From IMG/VR virus record IMGVR_UViG_3300037467_001233, positions 1 through 44,669 of that record: a DNA stretch of 44,669 nucleotides; one strand, given 5' to 3'. Position 1 is the stretch's first letter. Each line of letters begins with the position of its first letter. Below the pieces are notes generated by a model. That model saw nothing but the letters and a program-made list of their open reading frames with translations, did no database searches and had not been told where the DNA came from. Origin of the DNA: a virus (taxonomy: Duplodnaviria > Caudoviricetes). Below are positions 1-8,115 of this stretch, piece after piece. Both the position numbers and the translations under genes were made by a program.

Positions 1-132
1 CTCTAGAGTGTTCGCGAGAGGCATCAGTCCGGCTCAACCGTTGGAAAACCGCAGACGGGACGTGTCTGATCTCCAACCCCCTCTGCGATCCGGTCCCGCT
101 AGGTGAGGGTGGTTCGCTTCGGTGATTTGGAA

Positions 133-174
133 GGTACAAAATGTACCGCATGGCCGTCAAGTACAAAATGTACC
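133..174. promoter_or_regulatory. Left operator pair (OL) overlapping a leftward promoter PL
   Basis: GGTAC-AAAAT-GTACC at 133-147 and AGTAC-AAAAT-GTACC at 160-174; minus-strand TTGACG (160-155) with TACCTT 18 nt downstream; the same palindrome recurs between cI and cro. Confidence 0.8.
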
Positions 175-214
175 TAAAGACAACTTTTTTCGGGAATGAG
201 ACACAGCGCAAATG

Positions 215-240
215 AAAAAGGCCAGCTCGAAGCTGGCCTT
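215..240 (-). terminator. Intrinsic terminator of cI
   Basis: AAGGCCAGC-TCGAA-GCTGGCCTT hairpin with an A-run at 215-219 (U-tract on minus strand), 30 nt past the cI stop. Confidence 0.8.
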
Positions 241-269
241 GTAGCTGTGATCAGAAATGGAGTTTTAGC

Positions 270-1073
270 TTAGCGGCGGTAGTTGACCGTGTGCTCGATC
301 ATTCTGCCGATTATGCGGCCTGGATTGTCCTGGCTGACTTCTTCTGTTCTGTAGCTAGAATTCAACGGTACGAGCTTATAATCAACGTCTCGGCTTGATC
401 CTTCCTCGTAGCGACGGAAGATGGTCCGAGGTTCTCCTTCCATATGAGCGCAAACAAAGTCGCCCGGCTCGTAATGTTCTGAAGGGTCGATTGTAACGAA
501 ATCTCCTGGCGGGAACTTATGAGGCTCAAGCGGGTTTTTCGATACCATGCTGTCGTCCTCGATTCTGAGGACGAACGAGTGCGCGCCGAATTTCCTACCG
601 GGAGTCAGGATAACCGGTTCAATTCGACCAGTTATTCTGGCTCTTTCCAGTACTGCATCAAATCCCTCGGGCATTTCCGTGGCCTCTGTTGACGTGAGAC
701 GAGGTAGATGAATGATCACCGCCGGCGGTGGTTCTGCTGGCAAAGCCTCCACCGGAATTCTCCCCCACGCTGGTTCATTCTCGCCATACAAGAGCCAACT
801 TACGCTGGCGTCGGGCACGTTGTACGCACGTATCAACTGCTCAGCTGCTGCTACTTTGGCCTTACGCTTACCGTGTTCATAAGAGTCGTAGGTATCGGGT
901 CCGTTTGTGAACCCGCGCTCTCGAACGTATTCGAACGCCGTTTTTGATGTACCCGCAAGCCTTTCGTCTTTCCATAAATAATATGCTCGCTCCCTGAGTT
1001 TTTTCAGACGCGCTGCAAACTGGCGATATTCGGAAGACCGGCCGTTCTCCTGCGCCTTCGCCTTCTTGGTCAT
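270..1073 (-). CDS. cI: CI-like phage repressor (XRE HTH plus S24 peptidase-like domain)
   Basis: N-terminal RLKKLRE...SYEHGKR...WLLYGE HTH pattern; C-terminal FVLRIEDDSM...PGDFV...LVPLNSSY...IIGR S24 pattern; divergent from a small HTH gene. Confidence 0.9.
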   Translation of the reverse strand: MTKKAKAQENGRSSEYRQFAARLKKLRERAYYLWKDERLAGTSKTAFEYVRERGFTNGPDTYDSYEHGKRKAKVAAAEQLIRAYNVPDASVSWLLYGENEPAWGRIPVEALPAEPPPAVIIHLPRLTSTEATEMPEGFDAVLERARITGRIEPVILTPGRKFGAHSFVLRIEDDSMVSKNPLEPHKFPPGDFVTIDPSEHYEPGDFVCAHMEGEPRTIFRRYEEGSSRDVDYKLVPLNSSYRTEEVSQDNPGRIIGRMIEHTVNYRR

Positions 1074-1087
1074 CAGAGATTCCCCGA

Positions 1088-1135
1088 ACTATACAATTTG
1101 TACCTATTGACAGCAAGAGGTACTTTTTGTACCGT
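1088..1135. promoter_or_regulatory. Right operators (OR) with overlapping divergent PR and PRM promoters
   Basis: TATAC-AATTT-GTACC at 1090-1104 and GGTAC-TTTTT-GTACC at 1119-1133; plus-strand TTGACA(1107-1112)-N17-TACCGT; minus-strand TTGCTG(1116-1111)-N17-TATAGT(1093-1088). Confidence 0.8.
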
Positions 1136-1142
1136 GAACAAC

Positions 1143-1412
1143 ATGTTCGAGACGCATAAACAGATCATCATGGCGTGGCCTCATCTTTCGGATTTCGCCG
1201 GAGACATAGGTGTGTCGGTGAATACGGCTAAGAAAATGCGCCAAAGGAATTCAATACCTTCCGACTATTGGCCGTCAGTCGTCGTCGGTGCGAAAGCGCG
1301 GAGAATAGCAGGAATTTCGACGGACCTACTGGCGTCTCTTAGGGCGGCGGCGAAGCGCGACGCAAGTACCACAAAAGGAGGTACATCCAACCGAATCCGC
1401 GTCGCCGCCTGA
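1143..1412 (+). CDS. Cro-like HTH regulator
   Basis: Short ORF divergent from cI with FAGDIGVSVNTAKKMRQRNSIPSDYW HTH pattern; ATG at 1143 preferred over the track start at 1098. Confidence 0.8.
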   Translation: MFETHKQIIMAWPHLSDFAGDIGVSVNTAKKMRQRNSIPSDYWPSVVVGAKARRIAGISTDLLASLRAAAKRDASTTKGGTSNRIRVAA

Positions 1413-1499
1413 GTTCCAGTTGCATTGCGTAAGAAGCCCATTTTGCCGGGCAGCTACAGAGCTTCGCCGAGCACAGCGTTTCTATCCGACGCGCATTGC

Positions 1500-1996
1500 T
1501 TTTTCAGGGCTGTAGCTGTCTCGCAAAGTGAGTTGAGGTTGCGTACCGCGAGTGTTGCGGTGAGGGGGCGTCATAGATGGTGGACTACAAGGCGTGCGCG
1601 CCCGTCGCGGGGCTTCTCACGTTGAATGCCACCCAACGCGATAGATCGGAGTTGATCGCCGGTCGTTAGCGCCCCTTCAACCGGAACTCTCGCGGGTTCT
1701 GAGTGGGCGTTGCTGTCAATGCAGAAGGGGTTCGGACCTGATCGAACCAATCCGGGATTAGCTTTCATCACTGCGGACCGACGCAGGATGGAAGTCTGAA
1801 CGGAACGCAAGATCAGATTCGGGAAATCGATCGCTGAGCCGGTTAAAGCCTTCGGGCGCCGCTGCGATCTTGAGGGGGAAGTAGCTACCTCCTGTTCCGA
1901 GCCCTTTCCGCGGTGACAGCGTCCTGCTGTTACCTGCCCATACGCTGGGCGGTTTTCTCCGTTGAGCCTTGTCGGGGCTTCGGCCCCGGCCTTTTC
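1500..1996 (+). ncRNA. Candidate structured non-coding RNA or leader between cro and gcrA
   Basis: No convincing ORF; near-continuous hairpins with G-U pairs and UUCG/GAAA loops, ending in a terminator; boundaries approximate. Confidence 0.5.
1971..1996 (+). terminator. Intrinsic terminator upstream of gcrA (tR1-like)
   Basis: GTCGGGGC-TTCG-GCCCCGGC followed by CTTTT. Confidence 0.7.
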
Positions 1997-2042
1997 CCTA
2001 GTTCGCGTGCAGATTCCGAAACCTCATTCTGAGCATGCGAAA

Positions 2043-2561
2043 ATGGCGAACCAATTTAGCAATCTGAACGTCTGGACTCCGGAGCGAGTCGAAAAGCTCA
2101 TATCCTTGGTAAAGCATGGGTGTTCAGGCGGATTTATCGCCGCGCAATTGGGACTAACCCGTAATTCCGTAATCGGAAAAGTCCATCGCCTTGGCATGCA
2201 ACTCGGCAATTCCCGGAATTCGATGCGCCAGCAATTGGCCGCACAATTACGGCTCAAAGCCAATTACAGAAGAAAAAAATCAGATCGACTTCGGCCACCG
2301 CCGCCAAAGGTCGTATTCGCGGTTGAGCCGCTTCCGGCCCCCGATGTCGCCGACGTTCCGAGAAAGACGCTGGCGCAGCTTGAGATCAACGATTGCAGAT
2401 TCCCGGTGGGCGATCCGAAGGACGCAGGCTTCGGCTTTTGCGCCCTAGAGTGCGTCCCAGGCTCATCGTATTGCGCGACGCATAAAGCCCGTACGAGCGC
2501 GGGCGTGCCCGTCAGAACTCGTATTACGCACTTTACGGCCAAAGAAACGGTGGGGTTCTGA
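2043..2561 (+). CDS. gcrA: GcrA-family cell-cycle transcriptional regulator
   Basis: WTPERVEKL...IAAQLGLTRNSVIGKVHRLG N-domain and CRFPVGDP...FGFC...YCATH C-domain typical of GcrA. Confidence 0.9.
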   Translation: MANQFSNLNVWTPERVEKLISLVKHGCSGGFIAAQLGLTRNSVIGKVHRLGMQLGNSRNSMRQQLAAQLRLKANYRRKKSDRLRPPPPKVVFAVEPLPAPDVADVPRKTLAQLEINDCRFPVGDPKDAGFGFCALECVPGSSYCATHKARTSAGVPVRTRITHFTAKETVGF

Positions 2562-2562
2562 T

Positions 2563-3120
2563 TTGATGCTCATCGCCAAACTCTCATTCCTATCGGCAGC
2601 CGCGTTGCTCCCCTTTGCTGCACCAAAGGGTCAGATCCGGGGGGATCGTGCGTACGAGCCACGGCTGCCGTCTCTCTTGCCAATGACACCGATCTCGACT
2701 GATGAGGTCACCCGTCCAACAACGACGGAATCCCCGTTACCTCTCGGGGCATCGGTGTCTGCCATACCTGCCAAGCCGACGGCAGCTTTGCCCGGCATGC
2801 CTGCCAAGGTCTATTCCATAGATGTCATGGCAATGGCGCGGATTCCTGACATTCCTGCCGTCGAGTTCTTCATAGATGACTGGATCGATGTTTGCGGCGA
2901 AACGGTCGCATCTTTGGACGACCTGGTGCGCGGCTACAAGGATCTGCGGCGCGCCCATAGCTTTCTGCCCCCGGTGAGCAAGAAACGGCTGAGCCAGCTC
3001 CTGGCGAGCAATGGAAGCCGTCGCTTTATTCGCGACAGCAAAGACGCAGAAGGCCAGAGGCACCGGGTCGTGTTCTTCGAGATGCTTGCCCGGAAACCCG
3101 CGCAGAGGAGGGCAGCATGA
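2563..3120 (+). CDS. Hypothetical protein (Pro-rich N-part, possible DNA-binding C-domain)
   Basis: Directly follows gcrA; stop overlaps the next start (ATGA). Confidence 0.6.
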   Translation: MMLIAKLSFLSAAALLPFAAPKGQIRGDRAYEPRLPSLLPMTPISTDEVTRPTTTESPLPLGASVSAIPAKPTAALPGMPAKVYSIDVMAMARIPDIPAVEFFIDDWIDVCGETVASLDDLVRGYKDLRRAHSFLPPVSKKRLSQLLASNGSRRFIRDSKDAEGQRHRVVFFEMLARKPAQRRAA

Positions 3121-3281
3121 CACCGAAACGCCGCGTCTATTGGATGCTCTGGTTCGCATTTCTCGCGCTCCTGAATGCCGTCGTGGGGAACACGCTCGTG
3201 GCCCTGCTGATGGTCGCCTTCTCATGTTGGGCGATGTTTCTGGTCTGGGGCGATATTCGTCAGGTGAGGGCGCCGGAATGA
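3117..3281 (+). CDS. 54-aa membrane protein with two hydrophobic segments (not in ORF track)
   Basis: MTPKRRVYWMLWFAFLALLNAVVGNTLVALLMVAFSCWAMFLVWGDIRQVRAPE; GGAGG upstream; ATGA overlaps at both ends. Confidence 0.75.
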   Translation: MTPKRRVYWMLWFAFLALLNAVVGNTLVALLMVAFSCWAMFLVWGDIRQVRAPE

Positions 3282-3841
3282 AGGATACGCTAAGCGCAAA
3301 TGGAAAAAAATGGGGTCGTCCGCGTAAGTCTAGAATCTCGAACCCAGGCCGCGGGCCGGGAGCGATGTTCCGCGATTACTTCAATTACGACCCGGAAACG
3401 GGGATCGTGACTTGGAAAGTCAACAACAGAAAGGCCAAAGCCGGACAACGTGCGGGCTACATCCGCAAGAGAGACGGGCGCCGCGATATCACCCTCAATG
3501 GCTTCAACTACATAGAGCACGTGGTCATCTGGAAGATGTACTACGACCGATCTCCAGTTGGCGATATTGACCACATAAATGGCAACCCGGCCGACAATCG
3601 TATTTGCAATTTGCGTGAGGCAACTCGCAGTCAAAACTTAGCGAACTGCAAGCTCTACGCAAACAATACGACCGGGTTCAAAGGCGTTTCCCTTGACCGG
3701 AAAACAGGCCGCTACTTCGCATCTATCACCAAAAATCAGAGGTCGATTCCCCTTGGCGGTTATGACACCGCGGAAGAAGCGGGCGCTGCATACATGCGAG
3801 CCGCTAAGAAGCTCTTTGGCCAGTTCGCGAGGGACCTATGA
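3278..3841 (+). CDS. HNH homing endonuclease with C-terminal AP2 domain
   Basis: YDPETG...IDHINGNPADNRICNLREAT..QN; GFKGVS...LGGYDTAEEA. Confidence 0.92.
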   Translation: MKDTLSANGKKWGRPRKSRISNPGRGPGAMFRDYFNYDPETGIVTWKVNNRKAKAGQRAGYIRKRDGRRDITLNGFNYIEHVVIWKMYYDRSPVGDIDHINGNPADNRICNLREATRSQNLANCKLYANNTTGFKGVSLDRKTGRYFASITKNQRSIPLGGYDTAEEAGAAYMRAAKKLFGQFARDL

Positions 3842-4431
3842 ACCTCAGAACGCGGACCGTTTCACGGGATTCGGAGGCTGCTAAGGCCGCTGCGAGAGCC
3901 AAAATCGCGCTTCATCATTTTTCACGTTTCACGGCGCCGACCCCTGTTCTATCGCGCCTCTTGGAGGGTCTGCGGCGGCGCAAAATCATCGCGTCGAAAT
4001 CCCAAAGCCATCCCGAGTTTCGTAAAGCGTCGCAGCAGAAAACAACAGAAGGACGAAAGAGAATGCTTACGGTCAAATACATCAGCGAATTCGGTTTTGA
4101 GACAGTGTTTTTAGCCGTCGAGGTCCGCACGCGAGGCAGAGAATATCCCGCCGTGCAGGACAACATCGCTGGGAGAAACCTTCTCGCCGATGACCGCCCA
4201 AACTTTGTCGTCGATTGCAAACGCGGTCCGAGCGAGTCCGAGACGATCCGTGACGGCCAGATCTACGTCATGAATGAGAACGGCAAGACGGTCGCAAATT
4301 ACGATTTGCGCCAAGCGTCAGGCGTTCAGGCGAACGACACCAAACAGTATCAGGAAATCATTCACACGAAAACATTTCGCGCCGGAGCCATGCTCGGCAA
4401 CCAACAGACCAGCACGGGAACGCCACTCTAA
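3838..4431 (+). CDS. Hypothetical protein (alternative start at 4063)
   Basis: ATGA-coupled to the HNH gene; an internal ATG at 4063 with a purine-rich upstream sequence is also plausible. Confidence 0.55.
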   Translation: MNLRTRTVSRDSEAAKAAARAKIALHHFSRFTAPTPVLSRLLEGLRRRKIIASKSQSHPEFRKASQQKTTEGRKRMLTVKYISEFGFETVFLAVEVRTRGREYPAVQDNIAGRNLLADDRPNFVVDCKRGPSESETIRDGQIYVMNENGKTVANYDLRQASGVQANDTKQYQEIIHTKTFRAGAMLGNQQTSTGTPL

Positions 4432-4436
4432 AAACG

Positions 4437-4462
4437 AAAAGAGCCCCGTTGGCGCGGGGCTC
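4437..4462. terminator. GC-rich hairpin, possible terminator (U-tract on minus strand)
   Basis: AAAA-GAGCCCCG-TTGGCG-CGGGGCTC. Confidence 0.45.
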
Positions 4463-4659
4463 GATTTGAATATCGGCGGTTCAGACTTTGGCGAGCGAGA
4501 ACCGGAAGATTGAAGAAGGACCTTGGCGGGTCGATCAGGAAACGAAACGCAAAACATTCAAAGGCGAATGCGAGATGTTTATAGAACATATCACCGGAAT
4601 CCACAATTGGGAATTTAGTATTTCCACCGTTCGCCGCACCCTAAATGTGGTGAGCACCC

Positions 4660-5571
4660 GTGTCTAACGAGTTGCGAATCTCGCTGGCCGAATGGCTTTT
4701 CCGAATGTCGGAAGAGGACGTCCCGTATCAGGCGCGGAGTCTTGCCGTATATGCGGTCCTTTTCAAAATAACGGCCAATGACGAGCTGGCGAAGCTGGTT
4801 GGCATGGATACCAAAGGTTTCGCCGATAAGACATACAACAAATGGAAAAGGCTTCTTTCTGACGACGGCTGGCTGCTGCTCAAATCTGCAACCATCGGCC
4901 GGCAAACGACAATCGAGATATATCCGGCGATCAAAACTCAGCCCGTAACTTTTACGGACGTAGCCGCGCGCGATCCGGCTCGCTTTGCTCAGAACAAAAG
5001 TTACGGCCGAAAGGAACAAATTACGGGTGAAAATTACGGACCAAACGTAAAAATTACGGACGAAACGGAAAAAGTTACGTCTGCAAAGGTAGAAGTTACG
5101 GCCGAAGAAAAAACCTCCCCTGCGCCTGCGCGCGCGGAAGATAATATAAATATATATAATAATTATAATAACTTAACTACCAAACCAAACCAAACTCAAT
5201 CTAACAAAATCCCGAATACCGCGCGCGAATACGAGGCGCTTGCGAAAACGCTCACCGAAACATGCAACGGGGCGCTCGATAATCCGGTCAATTGTCAAGG
5301 ATTGGCAGGCCTCGCCACGCCAATCATGTGGCTTCGCGAAGGATGTGATTTGGAGCTTGATATTCTGCCGACCCTACACGGCTACGGCAAGAGCGCTCAC
5401 GGCAAGAAAATCCGATCATGGGACTACTTCACGAAGGGCGTTCAGAAGGCCAGAGACGCACGCCTGCAGGGCTTGCCCATTGAGCCGGTTTCAAGGGGCG
5501 CAAAGTCGCGAGCCCCGAATGCCGATGACACTATCCGCCAAATCGACGCTATCGTTCGAGGTGGCCGATGA
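4660..5571 (+). CDS. Phage replication initiator (lambda O-like organisation)
   Basis: Immediately upstream of dnaB; contains direct repeats and an AT-rich stretch; C-terminal IRSWDYF motif. Confidence 0.75.
   Translation: MSNELRISLAEWLFRMSEEDVPYQARSLAVYAVLFKITANDELAKLVGMDTKGFADKTYNKWKRLLSDDGWLLLKSATIGRQTTIEIYPAIKTQPVTFTDVAARDPARFAQNKSYGRKEQITGENYGPNVKITDETEKVTSAKVEVTAEEKTSPAPARAEDNINIYNNYNNLTTKPNQTQSNKIPNTAREYEALAKTLTETCNGALDNPVNCQGLAGLATPIMWLREGCDLELDILPTLHGYGKSAHGKKIRSWDYFTKGVQKARDARLQGLPIEPVSRGAKSRAPNADDTIRQIDAIVRGGR
4943..5180. repeat. Putative replication origin: iterons plus AT-rich unwinding element
   Basis: AA(A/G)TTACG(G/T) at 4998, 5018, 5031, 5051, 5072 and 5093; inverted copy at 4943-4950; nearly pure A/T at 5141-5177. 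Confidence 0.8.
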
Positions 5572-6989
5572 TGAACTTCCACACACCGGCCAGCCAGTTC
5601 CAAATCAATCAGGAAGTGTTTGGTGCTGAGCGAGCTATCCTCGCGCGCTGCATGGCGGCACCAGACTTGATTTCTGAGGCCAGCGCGCGCCTCGCGCCAA
5701 CAGACTTCGAGCACGAGTTCTTAGGTCTGTGCTTTAGTGCGCTTGTCGATCTTCATGCCGATGGCCGTAAACCATCGATTGAAGCGCTCGTCAGCATTTT
5801 TGGCGAAGACGAGATCGAGGCTGGCCTGACCGTTCGACGCTTTCTCACGGACCTTTTGCGCGGGTCGCTTTACGGGCAATTCGTCCCCTTGGCAGACGCC
5901 GTTGAGGTTGTCCGGGATGGTGCCCAACGGAGGGCGATCGCCAAGATCGGCGGAGACCTGATTGCTGGGTCCAGTCTCACTCGGCCGATTTCTGAAACGG
6001 TGGCGACCGCAACCGCGATGCTCGATGATGTATCAGCAGCCTATCGCAAGTCAGTTTGGAAGGCTTTCGACGGTGATGACCTAGCTGCGGCCGCGTTTGC
6101 CCATATGGATGGAACCGAGCGCGCGAGTCCGACGACGGGCCTTTCTGACCTCGATAGGATTCTTGGCGGATGGCCAAAAGGGGCGCTGTCGGTCATTGCT
6201 GGACGGCCTGGCATGGGTAAATCGGCCGTGGCGGTCATGGCGATCGCGGGCGCTGCGAAAAAGAAATACGGCTGCCTGTTTTTCAGCTTGGAAATGTCGG
6301 CCAAGGAACTAGGTGCGCGCATGCTCTGTGATCGGGCGTTCACGCACAACGATCCGATCTACTACGAAAACATTCTACAGCGAAATCTCGACGACCGGCA
6401 TCGCCGCCGCCTTGAAGATGCACGTGGATTTATCGCCCAATATCCGATCTTGGTCGAGGAGCAGCGGGGCGTAAACGTTTCTGAGATCGCTGTTCGGTCG
6501 CGAAAGGTTGCAGCGAAATTCGAGAGCGACGGTGGCAGCCTCGACGTCATTTTCGTCGATCACATGCTGCTGGTGAAACCTTCATCCCGCTATGCCGGGA
6601 ATCGGGTCCGCGAAGTTGCAGAAATTTCAGATGGCCTCGCATCACTCGCTAAGGAACTCAACGTCTCTGTGGTCGCGCTTTGCCAGCTCAACAGGAGCGT
6701 CGAGGGGAGGGACATCAAGCGCCCAACGCTTTCCGATCTTCGCGATAGCGGATCAATCGAAGAAGACGCAAACAACGTCACGTTCATTTACCGTCCAGCC
6801 TATTACCTCGAACAAACGAAGGCAGAAGGCGAAGCCGAGATCAAACGGCAAGAAGCCTTAGCGGCGTGCCGGAACAGCTTGGAGTTCATCGTTGCAAAGA
6901 ACCGCAACGGTCGCGTGGGGATTGTGGATGCGTTTGTGAACATCGGTGCGAATGCCGTCCGAGACAAAGCCTATGGAGGAACGAGATGA
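5568..6989 (+). CDS. dnaB: DnaB-like replicative helicase
   Basis: GRPGMGKS Walker A, FFSLEMS, QLNR, PTLSDLRDSGSIEEDA, KNRNG. Confidence 0.95.
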   Translation: MMNFHTPASQFQINQEVFGAERAILARCMAAPDLISEASARLAPTDFEHEFLGLCFSALVDLHADGRKPSIEALVSIFGEDEIEAGLTVRRFLTDLLRGSLYGQFVPLADAVEVVRDGAQRRAIAKIGGDLIAGSSLTRPISETVATATAMLDDVSAAYRKSVWKAFDGDDLAAAAFAHMDGTERASPTTGLSDLDRILGGWPKGALSVIAGRPGMGKSAVAVMAIAGAAKKKYGCLFFSLEMSAKELGARMLCDRAFTHNDPIYYENILQRNLDDRHRRRLEDARGFIAQYPILVEEQRGVNVSEIAVRSRKVAAKFESDGGSLDVIFVDHMLLVKPSSRYAGNRVREVAEISDGLASLAKELNVSVVALCQLNRSVEGRDIKRPTLSDLRDSGSIEEDANNVTFIYRPAYYLEQTKAEGEAEIKRQEALAACRNSLEFIVAKNRNGRVGIVDAFVNIGANAVRDKAYGGTR

Positions 6990-7294
6990 TTCTAAAAAGC
7001 TTCATGGAAATTGAGCCCGGCAGGAAGTTCAACCAACGCCGCGCGTATCTGCCGTGCGAGTGGGACACAGATCCGATCCGCTACCGCAATCGACAATGGG
7101 CGGTGACGGACTATGGGATCGAGAACATTCGCGGTCCCTACCACTATTACATTCCCAAGTCCGATCTAAAAATGCGCATGGGTTCGCCAGATCGAACTTG
7201 GGTCGATCACATGGCCGAAAAGAATTGGGTAGATGTTGAAGCATTCCAAGATGCGTTTCAACGCGCACTCAAGACCTTTGGAATCGCCACATGA
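6986..7294 (+). CDS. Hypothetical protein
   Basis: GGAGG RBS and ATGA overlap with the dnaB stop; W..HMAEKNWVD motif. Confidence 0.7.
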   Translation: MILKSFMEIEPGRKFNQRRAYLPCEWDTDPIRYRNRQWAVTDYGIENIRGPYHYYIPKSDLKMRMGSPDRTWVDHMAEKNWVDVEAFQDAFQRALKTFGIAT

Positions 7295-7659
7295 TTCGTC
7301 CAAATCAAGTCCTCTCTCAATTCCGCGACGGCTTAGACACATGGGATCTCGCAACCCATTTCGGCATCACAGAAGCGCAAGTCTATGCGCGTCTGGATGA
7401 AGCGTGGAGATTTCTCAATCGTCAAAAAAATAGGAAACACCAATGGCAGGCTCGGTCAACAAAGTCATCTTGGTTGGTAACGTGGGGCGTGATCCAGAAA
7501 TCCGCACCACAAACGACGGTCGCAAAATCGCAAATCTATCGATCGCCACAAGCGAGAGCTGGAAAGACAAATCTTCCGGGGAACGCAAAGATCGCACGGA
7601 ATGGCATCGTGTCGTCATCTTCAGCGAGCCGCTGTGCAAGGTCGTCGAGCAATACGTGA
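7291..7659 (+). CDS. Small HTH-like protein with a C-terminal extension overlapping ssb
   Basis: DTWDLATHFGITEAQVYARL HTH-like segment; ATGA coupling; last 217 nt overlap ssb out of frame. Confidence 0.5.
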   Translation: MIRPNQVLSQFRDGLDTWDLATHFGITEAQVYARLDEAWRFLNRQKNRKHQWQARSTKSSWLVTWGVIQKSAPQTTVAKSQIYRSPQARAGKTNLPGNAKIARNGIVSSSSASRCARSSSNT

Positions 7660-7919
7660 AGAAGGGCTCGAAGCTTTACATCGAAGGCGCACTCCAGACG
7701 CGGAAGTGGACGGATCAAAGCGGCGCCGAAAAGTATTCGACTGAAGTTGTCCTGCAGGGCTTCAACGGAACGCTCACGATGCTTGACGGAGGACCTACGA
7801 AAGCTTCGGAGGACGTTCTCAATACGGACGGCGGGTTCGGCTCTGGCAATAGTAAGACAGCGCCAGCACGTGCGAAGGGCAATTTCGACAAAGCCATCGA
7901 CGACGAAATTCCCTTCTGA
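7443..7919 (+). CDS. ssb: Single-stranded DNA-binding protein
   Basis: MAGSVNKVILVGNVGRDPEIR...TEWHRVV...DDEIPF C-terminus. Confidence 0.97.
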   Translation: MAGSVNKVILVGNVGRDPEIRTTNDGRKIANLSIATSESWKDKSSGERKDRTEWHRVVIFSEPLCKVVEQYVKKGSKLYIEGALQTRKWTDQSGAEKYSTEVVLQGFNGTLTMLDGGPTKASEDVLNTDGGFGSGNSKTAPARAKGNFDKAIDDEIPF

Positions 7920-7929
7920 GGATCGAGGC

Positions 7930-8115
7930 ATGAGACGAGGAACGCGGATAAAGGGCTTCAAAGTCCACCAAGACGGACGGGGAAAAGTCACTCTTGTTCC
8001 GATCCCGTATTATTTCAAACGCGACGCCAGCGCCAAGATACGCGCGAAAAATTCTACAAAGGCAACGCCGGTTAGACAGGGCGTTCTAGGCTTACATTGG
8101 AAGGGGGAGAAATGA
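7930..8115 (+). CDS. Small basic hypothetical protein
   Basis: ATG at 7930 after GAGG; stop overlaps the next ATG. Confidence 0.55.
   Translation: MRRGTRIKGFKVHQDGRGKVTLVPIPYYFKRDASAKIRAKNSTKATPVRQGVLGLHWKGEK

Noticed and set aside
1594-1900. Group II intron-like fragments (GTGCG at 1594; TGAGCCG...GATCTTGAGGGGG near 1835-1878)
   Set aside because: The GAGCCG segment does not pair as a domain V stem, the span is only about 300 nt and no interrupted gene flanks it; kept only as an unclassified structured RNA
3011-3277. N-terminal extension of the first HNH ORF in the track
   Set aside because: The region is better explained by the end of ORF2563 and the coupled 54-aa membrane ORF; the HNH gene starts at 3278
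4998-5101. Short direct repeats considered as a CRISPR array
   Set aside because: Repeats are 9 bp with 4-12 bp gaps inside a coding sequence, and no cas genes are present; they fit iterons
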